Part shown: piece by piece, positions 46,121 through 57,399 of the stretch | How positions within the stretch are numbered: the first letter of the stretch is position 1 | How the letters are laid out: each line of letters begins with the position of its first letter | NCBI RefSeq assembly: GCF_009914755.1 | Contig: NC_060935.1 | Direction: 5' to 3' (one strand) | Origin: the human T2T-CHM13v2.0 reference genome, Homo sapiens | DNA: 64,000 bases | The notes under the pieces: model-generated | Database searches by the model: none | What the model was told of the DNA's origin: nothing | Seen by the model: the letters and a program-made list of their open reading frames with translations, nothing else | Program-made: the position numbers and the translations under genes

Positions 46121-47074
46121 ATGGCTACAGGAAACTGGACAAGAATAAGTGAGTTTATCCTCATGAGCTTCTCTTCCCTGCCTACTGAAATACAGTCATT
46201 ACTCTTTCTGACATTTCTAACCATCTACCTGGTCACCCTGATGGGAAACTGCCTCATCATTCTGGTTACCCTAGCTGACCCCATGCTACGCAGCCCCATG
46301 TACTTCTTCCTCAGAAACTTATCTTTCCTGGAGATTGGCTTCAACCTAGTCATTGTGCCCAAAATGCTGGGGACCCTGCTTGCCCAGGACACAACCATCT
46401 CCTTCCTTGGCTGTGCCACTCAGATGTATTTCTTCTTCTTCTTTGGAGTGGCTGAATGCTTCCTCCTGGCTACCATGGCATATGACCGCTATGTGGCCAT
46501 CTGCAGTCCCTTGCACTACCCAGTCATCATGAACCAAAGGACTCGTGCCAAACTGGCTGCTGCCTCCTGGTTCCCAGGCTTTCCTGTAGCTACTGTGCAG
46601 ACCACATGGCTCTTCAGTTTTCCATTCTGTGGCACCAACAAGGTGAACCACTTCTTCTGTGACAGCCCACCTGTGCTGAGGCTGGTCTGTGCAGACACAG
46701 CACTGTTTGAGATCTACGCCATCGTCGGAACCATTCTGGTGGTCATGATCCCCTGCTTGCTGATCTTGTGTTCCTATACTCGCATTGCTGCTGCCATCCT
46801 CAAGATCCCATCAGCTAAAGGGAAGAATAAAGCCTTTTCTACATGTTCCTCACACCTCCTTGTTGTCTCTCTTTTCTATATATCATTAAGCCTCACCTAC
46901 TTCCGGCCTAAATCAAATAATTCACCTGAGGGCACGAAGCTGCTATCATTGTCCTACACTGTTATGACTCCCATGTTGAACCCCATTATCTACAGCCTGA
47001 GAAATAACGAGGTGAAGAATGCCCTCAGCAGGACGGTCTCTAAGGCCCTAGCCCTCAGAAACTGTATCCCATAG
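46121..47074 (+). CDS. OR10A2: Olfactory receptor 10A2 (317-aa ORF; 303 aa from second ATG at 46163)
   Basis: OR motifs as in OR10A5; 16 aa differences from OR10A5 by manual comparison; lies between OR10A5 and OR10A4. Confidence 0.93.
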   Translation: MATGNWTRISEFILMSFSSLPTEIQSLLFLTFLTIYLVTLMGNCLIILVTLADPMLRSPMYFFLRNLSFLEIGFNLVIVPKMLGTLLAQDTTISFLGCATQMYFFFFFGVAECFLLATMAYDRYVAICSPLHYPVIMNQRTRAKLAAASWFPGFPVATVQTTWLFSFPFCGTNKVNHFFCDSPPVLRLVCADTALFEIYAIVGTILVVMIPCLLILCSYTRIAAAILKIPSAKGKNKAFSTCSSHLLVVSLFYISLSLTYFRPKSNNSPEGTKLLSLSYTVMTPMLNPIIYSLRNNEVKNALSRTVSKALALRNCIP

Positions 47075-47353
47075 ACCTTAGGAAGTAAGGCTACATTTTA
47101 CTGGATGAGAAACAATCAGTCCCAGATTTGAGATTCCTCTCTGCATCTTTCCACATCTCCAATAAGATGAAGTCCTGTTGCTGAAATGGCTTTTGGAAAG
47201 CTGAGTGGAGAGAAAGGAGCAGAGAAGTAGTTTCGACCTAGCACCACCAACTATGAAAACTCCTCTGCCTGCCCATTGTAGACTTACATTGTTTTCCTTG
47301 TTTCAACTGGTATGACAGCACTTCTGTGGCCAACTATTTCCAGGTGTTATATT

Positions 47354-47659
47354 TCTTTTTTTTTTTTTTTTTTTTTTGAGACGGAGTCTCGCTCTGTCCC
47401 CCAGGCTGGAGTGCAGTGGCGCGTCTCTGCTCACTGCAAGCTCCGCCTCCTGGGTTCACGCTGTTCTCCTGCCTCAGCCTCCCAAGTAGCTGGGACTACA
47501 GGTGCCCGCCACCATGCCCGGCTAATTTTTTGTATTTTTTTAGTAGAGACAGGGTTTCACCATGTTAGCCAGGATGGTCTCGATCTCCTGACCTCGTGAT
47601 CCACCCGCCTCGGCCTCCCAAAGTGCTGGGATTACAGGCGTGAGCCACCGCGCCTGGCC
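47354..47659 (-). mobile_element. AluY
   Basis: CpG-rich, GCAAGCTCCGCC, GTTAGCCAGGATGGTCTCGATC; 280 bp after the OR10A2 stop. Confidence 0.93.
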
Positions 47660-48899
47660 AGTGTTTATATTTCTGTGTGACGTGCATTGTGCACAATATG
47701 AAACTGCTAGTCATTATAACATGGGGGCACACATAGTAACAGAGGGTAAAACCCAATAAAAATCATCTTGTCACTTTTCCTCTTCTGGGCAGATCTGACT
47801 CTACATTCATGACATAGAAAATCTCATGATCTTTCCCAACACATAACTCTCCTCATCATCTTACTTCATTCTCATGCGCTTAAGCAGTGTTAGTTCTTTT
47901 AAGCTTACTGGTATGCAGTATGCATGTATGAGAGTAGATCAAAAGTTCACATGCATATGCCTTTATAACCCCAATAATTATTTCCTTCACACTAGATTCT
48001 TCCCAAGAAGAACAACCTGAGCTTCCCTAAGATCTCTATTCCATATTCAGGTTCTTATGTTTTGTTGAAGTAATATCGTAAATTTCAGTCATAGCTTTGC
48101 TTTGATGAGAACAAAGCTCCAGAATAAGTCTTCTTTAACCACAAGATTTCTCCTTCTTATAATCTGGTAGTACTCTATTTGTAGATGTGCCCTAATTTAT
48201 TTAGCCAGTCTTTTACTACTACAAATCATGCTGTAAATAATGGACTTATCCATATATCTGTTTTTATATTTTTGCTAGTGTACCTGACAAATAGAAATCT
48301 AGAAATTGAGTTTCTTGGGCAAAAGTTAAATACATACATAATGTTGCTATATATATTGATTGTCTATCTAGCTCCCCTCTGAACTTATTGCACCATTTTA
48401 TGCTCCCACCAGCAATTTATGAGGTGTTTGTTTCCCCACAACTCAACAATAACATTTCTCATGAAATATTTAGAATTTCGATTATTTAATATTTTATAAA
48501 AACTCAATGAAATTTTAATTTGAATGAAATAAATTTTGAAGAATAAGAAAGAAACAGATGATCAAATCAGAGGAAAGGTGTGCATTTCATTGAAACTTGA
48601 GTTATAGATTAGACGATTAGCAATTGGTGATGTCTTGGTGTTTTATTTTCTCTTCTTGAAAGGTTGTTTTTCACTTTTATTTTAGCCAAATCTATCCCAT
48701 CTCTCAAGACCCCACTGTGATTCCTAAAGAAGCAGAAATCACTCTTTCTGTATGCACCCATTTCAAGTTTATTAATAAATTCGTTAAATTTTGTATATAC
48801 TACATGTAGAAACTGTACATGTACTTATTTTTACATGTTTGTCTTCCTCCAACTTTTCTGTAACTCTTCAAAAATAAGAATTGTTCAAGTGTTTCTGGT

Positions 48900-49522
48900 G
48901 TTTTGTTTTGTGTTTGAGACAGGGTCTCTCTCTCTGTCACCCAGGCTGGAGTGCGGTAGCAGAATTATGGCTCACTGTAGCCTCAAACACCTGGGCTCAG
49001 GCCATCTTCCTGCCTCAGTCTCCCTAGTGGCTGGGACTATAGGCGTACATCACCATGCCTGGCCATTTAAAAATTTTTTTTTAGTAGAGACGAGGTCTTG
49101 CTATGCTACCCAGTCTGGTATCGAACTTCTGAGTTCAAGCAATCCTTCTGCCTGAACCTCTCAAAGTGCTGGGATTATAAGTGTGAGCCATTGCATGCAA
49201 CACAAGTGTTTCTCTTTTCTTTTCTTTCTTTCTTTTTTTTTTTTTTGAGACAGGGTCTGCTCTATTACTCAGGCTGCTGGGGTGCAATGGCACAATCTTG
49301 GCTCGCTGTAACTTCTGCCTTCTGGGTTCAATCAATTCTCATGCCTCAGCCTCTTGAGTAGCTGGGATTACAGGCGTGCCAAGCCATGCCCAACTAATTT
49401 TTTTTTTGTATTTTTTAATAGAGATGCAGTTTTACCATGTTGGAGCTCCTGGCCTCAAGTGATCTGCCTGCCTCAGCCTCCCAAGGGCTGGGATTACAGA
49501 CGTGGGCCACCATGCCAGGCCA
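48900..49522 (-). mobile_element. Two tandem diverged Alus (about 48900-49200 and 49215-49522)
   Basis: Two antisense Alu bodies, each with a T-rich tail. Confidence 0.88.
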
Positions 49523-51476
49523 AGTATTTCCCTTTTAATATGACGTAGGCATTCCTGAAAAGCTTATGTAATGCAAACCTTTGTATTAAAAATATTATGG
49601 GGAAGTAGGGCTAGGGTTAGGGCTAGACTCAAAATACATGCAACTTTAAAGACAAGGCATTAGTAGAAACAACATTTGGTTCCCAGAGAGACAATGTAGA
49701 CTGCCCAGGCAGGCAGCTCATTGAGGCTGGAGGTTGCCACAGTAGATATTTAAAATATACAACAACAGTAGAATGAAAATACCAACAATGCTTGGATTAG
49801 AACAATGATGCTTGATGCTGAGACAATTTGTACTGGGGTAGGGGGTAGTCCTTAGTATGGGTAAAGAATTTGAAGTAAAGCAAATAAGAATAACCCAAAA
49901 CCTAAAGAAAAAGTTGTACATAGTTTCAGGGAAAGGATTCCAACAGAAGAGTGCCACATGCACAAACACAGGAGTGCTGAGAGACTATGATGTGTGTAAG
50001 GAACACAAAGCATTTTTGTGTGACTGAAAAATCAGCTGCACTGGGGATGTGAAACCGGAAAAATAAGCAGAGATCACAGGAAAAGACCTTGTTAAAGGAT
50101 TTACTTTATCCCAGGGGCCATACGGAGTAATTGAAAGACATTAAGCAGGTAAGTGACTTAACCAGAGTTGCTGGTAAGACAGATCACATACAAGCCAAGG
50201 ATGGTTTGAAGAGAATGAACCAGAAGCAGGTTCCTACCATACTCTAGGCCAGAGAAAATAAATCCAGAACCTAAAGGCAGTGGTGGTAGAGCTGGAGAAG
50301 GTGACACTGAATTAGTGTTTAGGAGTAAAAATAATCAAATTTGGGGCACAAATTAAAGGATTATATCCCAGTTCCTGGCTTGTACTTTGGGGTGGTGCCA
50401 TTTACTGAAATGGGGTATCTACAAAGAGGAGGTTTGAGGTGGAGGAAGCAGACAAGCACATTTATATCTCTTATCATTGTTTCAGTCCGTGTTAATTGTA
50501 TGATGCTATATTATATTCTTTTGTGCCTTTGTCTAAATTCCTTATGAATGGGGCTCACTGTACTTACTTTGTGTCTGTGTAGATGTTTCCCTGATTATTT
50601 ACCACATTTTCTTCATTATCTATTAATTTATTCAATAACAATTTACTGGGCATCTACCTTTCTAGGCATTGGGGTAAAAAAATGAATAACACAATTTCTA
50701 TTTCAAGGAGCATGTCATCTACTGTATGAGACAAATACATACAATAATGATTATTCTAAAATAAGAACTATGAAAGTGGTATTCCAGTTCTCCAATGTTA
50801 CTAATATATTGAAATTTTCTGCCCATCTTTAGAAATTGTGTTGCTTTGTTCTTACTACCACCCTGTACTGGATACTGGCTTGTCCTCACCTGTGGCTCAG
50901 ATTTATTCCCATTCTGAAAAAGTGAGTGCAAGTGTCACTTGTCGGCCAAATCCCTGACTTGGACTCAGCCACCCAGGATTCCAACACTTGCTGAAAAAAC
51001 TACTAAACTTATCTGTGTCTCAGATTCCTTGACTGTAAAATGGGTATAATACTATCTGTATCTTCAGGTGTTGTGAGAATCAAATAAGATAATACATGCA
51101 AAACACTTAGAACGGTGTGTGGTGCTTATTTGCTGCTTCATAAATGCTCATTCTTACTATGAAAGTAGATGAGGTATCAAGGATGTTTTCATAAGAGAAG
51201 TGATTCCTTGGTTGAATTGTTTTAAATGAATATGAATCAGCAAAAAAATTAAAATAGCATTTTCTCATTTTTTTCTCTTTACCGCCCTCTTTCCTTCACC
51301 AACCTAAATTCACTTCTTGCACCTGCTCAGAACTTTACTCAAATATCATATTCTCAGTGGAGCTTTCCCTGACACTTTCCACCTCTAAATGTTTGTCTCC
51401 TTCTCTACTACTTTATTCTTCTCCATTGCTCTTATATACCATACTTTCTACTAACATAATTAATTAATTAATTAAT

Positions 51477-51761
51477 TTTTGAGTGGAATTTTGCTCTTGT
51501 TGCCCATGCTGGAGTGCAATGGTGTGATCTCGGCTCACCGCAACTTCCGCCTCCCGTGTTCCAGCGATTCTCCTGCCTCAGCCTCCTGAGTAGCTGGGAT
51601 TACAGGCATGCACCACCACGCCGAGCTAATTTTGTATTTTTAGTAGAGACAGGGTTTCTCTATGTTGGTCAGGCTGGTCTTGAACTCCCGATCTCAGGTG
51701 ATCAGCCAGCCTCCACCTCCCAAAGAGCTGTGATTACAGGCGTGAGCCTCCGTGCCTGGCT
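51477..51761 (-). mobile_element. AluSp/Sq-like
   Basis: GCTCTTGTTGCCC, CTCACCGCAAC, GTTGGTCAGG; (TAAT)n tail. Confidence 0.9.
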
Positions 51762-53026
51762 TAACAGAATTTGTTTATAACCTGTCTTCCCTATGATGAG
51801 TTTTATGAGGGCAGAGATTTTTGCTTGTTTTATTTACTAATGTATTATCTTCAGTATCTAAAACAGAGCATAGCATACAGAATTATCTTCTGATAATCAA
51901 TATTTACTGAATTAATTATTTTATTTTAGAGATTGAATAGTAGGGGCTATAGTGAGTTTTGGCAATGAGCTGGATAAGAAGATTTAGAAGATAGGTCTAG
52001 CATTATATCAATAATTATAATGGTTAACATTCATGGAACATGTACAGTATAGCAGACAACATGCTAAGTGCTTCAGATTTTATTCCTCCATATGTTTATA
52101 GTCATCACAAAGAATTTCAGGGTCCCAATTTTGAAGCTTCGTTATTAATGCAATGATGAAATCTTTTGTTTCCTTTTCATGGGATTTCATATTAGTCACA
52201 CTTGCATATTTAAGTTGTATTTTATTAACATGTAAAATGTGAGCTTCAAGTTTCTTGAGAGTCAAGACACAAGTCAACCAAGAGAGCTGATGAAAAAGTT
52301 CATGCTTAACCCATCTAGATTCTGTCCATGGTTCTGATGCTATCTTGACACATACAACCACTTGGAAAATACTCATCCCTGGGATCAAGATAAGCCACAC
52401 TGACTATGTTGTGTGTCTTCTTGTTTACACTGCAATTTTCAGAGTGTAGAAATTGAGATTCTCACAATATAGTGAAACCTTCCTGAGTATGGGCTTCTTG
52501 AGATTGAGACACATTCGGATCTCCTCCTCAGGAATCATTTAGTAATTGCTGAATCAGTTTCTTTGATTTTCTCCTTCCTACATTTTTGTTTTGCAAAAAA
52601 TATACCTGCCTGACCTCACCACTTTTCATTATGTGTCACGACCTCTCTCTTCATAAATGCTTGGCCTGCCTTTCTTAGCACCATTATTGAAGAGAGATAA
52701 GGTAGGAGCATGAACATAAAGCTGTGATTTTGCCCATTCTCTACAGAGAACAGAAAAATCAGGACATGTATAGATATATATAGTATGTTAATTAAGTCTG
52801 GAAAAGTAGAATTCTTTCCCCAAAAATTGTGAATCTAATGGTCAAATTTGTTTTATTATATTTTGGAGAGTATAGATGTTTGATCCTCAACAACTCTAAC
52901 AAGGAAAGTAAAGAATGAGGCCACAGGAGGTCCCCTTTATAAGAATATAATAAAGGTATAAATAACATATGAGATTTCTTCTACCTTCCTAGATTTTGAA
53001 TGCCCAGTGAAGTCCTGGGCAGAAGA

Positions 53027-53974
53027 ATGATGTGGGAAAACTGGACAATTGTCAGTGAATTTGTTCTCGTGAGCTTCTCAGCCCTGTCCACTGAGCTTCA
53101 GGCTCTACTGTTTCTCCTTTTCTTGACCATTTACTTGGTTACTTTAATGGGCAATGTCCTCATCATCCTGGTCACTATAGCTGACTCTGCACTACAAAGT
53201 CCTATGTACTTCTTCCTCAGAAACTTGTCCTTCCTGGAGATAGGTTTCAACTTGGTCATTGTGCCCAAGATGCTGGGGACCCTGATCATTCAAGACACAA
53301 CCATCTCCTTCCTTGGATGTGCCACTCAGATGTATTTCTTCTTCTTTTTTGGGGCTGCTGAGTGCTGCCTCCTGGCCACCATGGCATATGACCGCTACGT
53401 GGCCATCTGTGACCCCTTGCACTACCCAGTCATCATGGGCCACATATCCTGTGCCCAGCTGGCAGCTGCCTCTTGGTTCTCAGGGTTTTCAGTGGCCACT
53501 GTGCAAACCACATGGATTTTCAGTTTCCCTTTTTGTGGCCCCAACAGGGTGAACCACTTCTTCTGTGACAGCCCTCCTGTTATTGCACTGGTCTGTGCTG
53601 ACACCTCTGTGTTTGAACTGGAGGCTCTGACAGCCACTGTCCTATTCATTCTCTTTCCTTTCTTGCTGATCCTGGGATCCTATGTCCGCATCCTCTCCAC
53701 TATCTTCAGGATGCCGTCAGCTGAGGGGAAACATCAGGCATTCTCCACCTGTTCCGCCCACCTCTTGGTTGTCTCTCTCTTCTATAGCACTGCCATCCTC
53801 ACGTATTTCCGACCCCAATCCAGTGCCTCTTCTGAGAGCAAGAAGCTGCTGTCACTCTCTTCCACAGTGGTGACTCCCATGTTGAACCCCATCATCTACA
53901 GCTCACGGAATAAAGAAGTGAAGGCTGCACTGAAGCGGCTTATCCACAGGACCCTGGGCTCTCAGAAACTATGA
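53027..53974 (+). CDS. OR10A4: Olfactory receptor 10A4 (315 aa)
   Basis: MMWENWT start with sequon, PMYFFL, MAYDRYVAIC, AFSTC, PMLNPIIY; candidate acceptor AG at 52991-52992; in-frame ATG at 53000 would add 9 aa. Confidence 0.94.
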   Translation: MMWENWTIVSEFVLVSFSALSTELQALLFLLFLTIYLVTLMGNVLIILVTIADSALQSPMYFFLRNLSFLEIGFNLVIVPKMLGTLIIQDTTISFLGCATQMYFFFFFGAAECCLLATMAYDRYVAICDPLHYPVIMGHISCAQLAAASWFSGFSVATVQTTWIFSFPFCGPNRVNHFFCDSPPVIALVCADTSVFELEALTATVLFILFPFLLILGSYVRILSTIFRMPSAEGKHQAFSTCSAHLLVVSLFYSTAILTYFRPQSSASSESKKLLSLSSTVVTPMLNPIIYSSRNKEVKAALKRLIHRTLGSQKL

Positions 53975-54147
53975 TTGGCTTAGATGGAAACTGAAGGGGT
54001 AAAATGTAAGTACACACACAAAAAATAGAAAAATGAATTCCTCAAGTGGATTTTGTGTTTCTACTCTTTCCAGGTGACACGGTATGCCTACTGAAATTTT
54101 TTACTTTCTACTAAGACCTATTTCTGAAAGAAAGAACATGAGTAATG

Positions 54148-55608
54148 TGCTACCTGACTTCAAACTATACTACAAGGCTACAGTAACCAAAACAGCATGG
54201 TACTGGTACAAAAACAGACATATAGACCAATGGAACACAACAGAGCCCTCAGAAATAATACCACACATCTACAACCATATGATCTTTCACAAACCTGACA
54301 AAAACAAGAAATGGGGAAAGGATTCCCTATTTAATAAATGGTGCTGGGAAATCTGGCTAGCCATATGTAGAAAGCTGAAACTGGATCCCTTCCTTATACC
54401 TTATACAAAAATTAATTCAAGATGGATTAAAGACTTACATGTTAGACCTAAAACCATAAAAACCCTAGAAGAAAACCTAGGCAATACCATTCAGGACATA
54501 GGCATGGGCAAGGACTTCATGTCTAAAACACCAAAAGCAATGGCAACAAAAGCCAAAATTGACAAATGGGATCTAATTAAACTAAAGAGCTTCTGCACAG
54601 CTAAAGAAACTACCATCAGAGTGAACAGGCAACCTACAGAATGAAAGAAAATTTTTGCAATCTACTCATCTGACAAAGGGCTAATATCCAGAATCTACAA
54701 AGAACTCAAAAAAATTTACAAGAAAAAAACAAACAACCCCATCAACAAGTGGGCGAAGGATATGAACAGACACTTCTCAAAAGAAGACATTTATGCAGCC
54801 AACAGACACATGAAAAAATGCTCATCATCACTGGCCATCAGAGAAACGCAAATCAAAACCACAATGAGATACCATCTCACACCAGTTAGAATGGTGATCA
54901 TTAAAAAGTCAGGAAACAACAGGTGCTGGAGAGGGTGTGGAGAAACAGGAACACTTTTACACTGTTGGTGGGACTGAAAACTAGTTCAACCATTGTGGAA
55001 GTCAGTGTGGCAATTCCTCAGGGATCTAGAACCAGAAATACCATTTGACCCAGCCATCCCATTACTGGGTATATACCCAAAGGATTATAATAATACCAAA
55101 GGATTATAAATCATGCTGCTGTAAAGACACATGCACACGTACATTTATTGCAGCACTATTCACAATAGCAAGACTTGGAACCAACCCAAATGTCCAACAA
55201 TGATAGACTGGATTAAGAAAATGTGGCACATATACACCATGGAATACTATGCAGCCATAAAAAATGATGAGTTCATGTCCTTTGCAGGGACATGGATGAA
55301 GCTGGAAACCATCATTCTCAGCAAACTATCACAAGGACAAAAAACCAAACACCGCTTGTTCTCACTCAGAGGTGGGAATTGAACAATGAGAACACATGGA
55401 CACAGGAAGGGGAACATCACACACTGGGGCCTGTTGTGGGGTGGGGGGAGGGGAGAGGGATAGCATTAGGAGATATACCTAATGTAAATGACGAGTTAAT
55501 GGGTGCAGCACACCAACTAGGCACATGTATACATACGTAACAAACCTGCACGTTGTGCACATGTACCCTAGAACTTGAAGTATAATAAAATATATATATA
55601 TATGTATA
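54148..55608 (+). mobile_element. 5'-truncated L1PA (about 1.45 kb)
   Basis: ORF2 C-terminal [19 protein letters not shown]..., 3'UTR, AATAAA 55584-55589; TSD AAAGAAAGAACATGAGTAATG at 54127 and 55609. Confidence 0.95.
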
Positions 55609-56883
55609 AAAGAAAGAACATGAGTAATGAAAGAAAGCATTATAGTATCCCATAGTATCTATGGGATGGTGGTACCAATGTCTCTGGAGATGCTGCTAGT
55701 TTATATAAATTAGGATCCTCAGAAGATCGATAACTATAATCCACCATGTTTTAAAATTTGTTTTAATCTTTCTTGAACTCCCACATCCATTTCATTTTAT
55801 AATTTTCTGCTTTAATTTCTTCTATTTGTCCAAAACCTACCTGCATATTTCTAGGCTGTCTTTGTTTACAAAGTGATTAAAATAAAAATAATAATGCTAA
55901 TAAATTGTAGAGTTTTGTTTTATTCTTTTACTCATGTTTTTCAACAAATTTGAGTTTGAACTCAAAATTTTAACACATTTTTATTCAGCACTCAGCATGT
56001 TTCAGACTTCGTTTAGGCCCTGAAGACACCTTGGTGAATAAAACAGATAAATTTCTTACCCCATAGAATATACATTCTAGTGATAAAACAGATAATAAAA
56101 AGATACTTCAATCCTCCAGTGGTTTATAAAGTATACGTGTTTAGAGGACTAGCGACTGAAGAGTTCTGTCTCTGCTACCAGTCAGTCTGTGCCTTATCTG
56201 GAGAAAGGCTACTCCACAACGACAACTGTCTAAATCTCACATTATTCACCTGGTGTATGAGAACTGCTTGATAGCAAAGGTATAAAGAACTCCCAGTCAA
56301 GTATAAGTGGGGAAATTATGGGGAACTGGTATAAAGAACCCAAAGATTCTTTGCTTACGAGATTTTTTTCTGTAATCTTATTGTGATTGGATGGAATCAA
56401 TTGTCTTTTTCAAGCTTGTGTATCTTTCAACCACACAGTAGCCTCTCTTTATGATTTTATCTAGTGAACACAGTCCAACTCTGGACTCAGCAAACAGCAA
56501 CGTTGTGTATGGGCAACATAACTGTGTGTAAACTTACTCCTGGCAATTCATTGATAATTACAGGGCAAAATTATTTTACTACACAGGCATGTCCACCTCA
56601 CCAACTCTGTAAACAACCCTATCTCTGTGTGCCATAGAAGTACCAGGACCAGTTTCCTTTCCTGCACAAAGTGTCCTTCAGCTCTCGTGACACAAGGGCT
56701 TCAGAAAGATAGCTCATTCTGTAAAATGACCATAAGAATTTTCAAAAGAAAAGGCAGATCATGGGGTTCTATTTGCATGATGGCAATCACACAGTTAAAC
56801 AGATTGTCACCATTAAATATTGGTAGTCTCCAATTTCAGTCAAATTTTAATCACTTGTTCACATTCCTTTTTCTTGACCTTGG

Positions 56884-57399
56884 TGGGTAAGGTAAATAGT
56901 GGCCCCCCCCCGAAGATATCTATATTCTAGTCCCTGGAACCTGTGAAGGTGGTACCTTCCATGGTAAAAGGGCTGCAGATGTGATTGACTTAAGGATTCT
57001 TATATAGGGAGATTATCTTGTGCTATCTGGATGGACCCAATCTAATCACAAACATCCTTCTAAGAGGGAGGCAAGATGATCAGAAGGAGGGACAGAAAGA
57101 TGTAAGCATGGGCAGAGGTTAGAGAAGACAGAAGGTGATATGCCACTGATTTTGAAATTAGAAGACAGGGCCATGATCCAGGAATGTAGGCAGCCTGTGG
57201 AAGCTGAAAAAGTCAAGGGGACAAAATTTTCCCCTAGAGCCTTCAGAAAATAATGTAGGTCTAGCTGACACCTTAATTTTAGCACAGTGAAACTGATTTT
57301 GGTCTTTTGAACTCTAGAATTCTCAGATAACAAATCTAGGTTGTTTTAAGCTACTAGGTTTGTGGTAATTTGTTACAGCAGCAATACGACATTAATGCA
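56884..57399 (+). mobile_element. MLT1 (MaLR) solo LTR
   Basis: GGCCCCCC..AAGATATC..CCCTGGAACCTGTGAA start; GTTTGTGGTAATTTGTTACAGCAGCAATA end. Confidence 0.82.

Noticed and set aside
54084-54644. 186-aa ORF
   Set aside because: L1 ORF2 C-terminal fragment fused to flank; no RT/EN domains, stop at 54644
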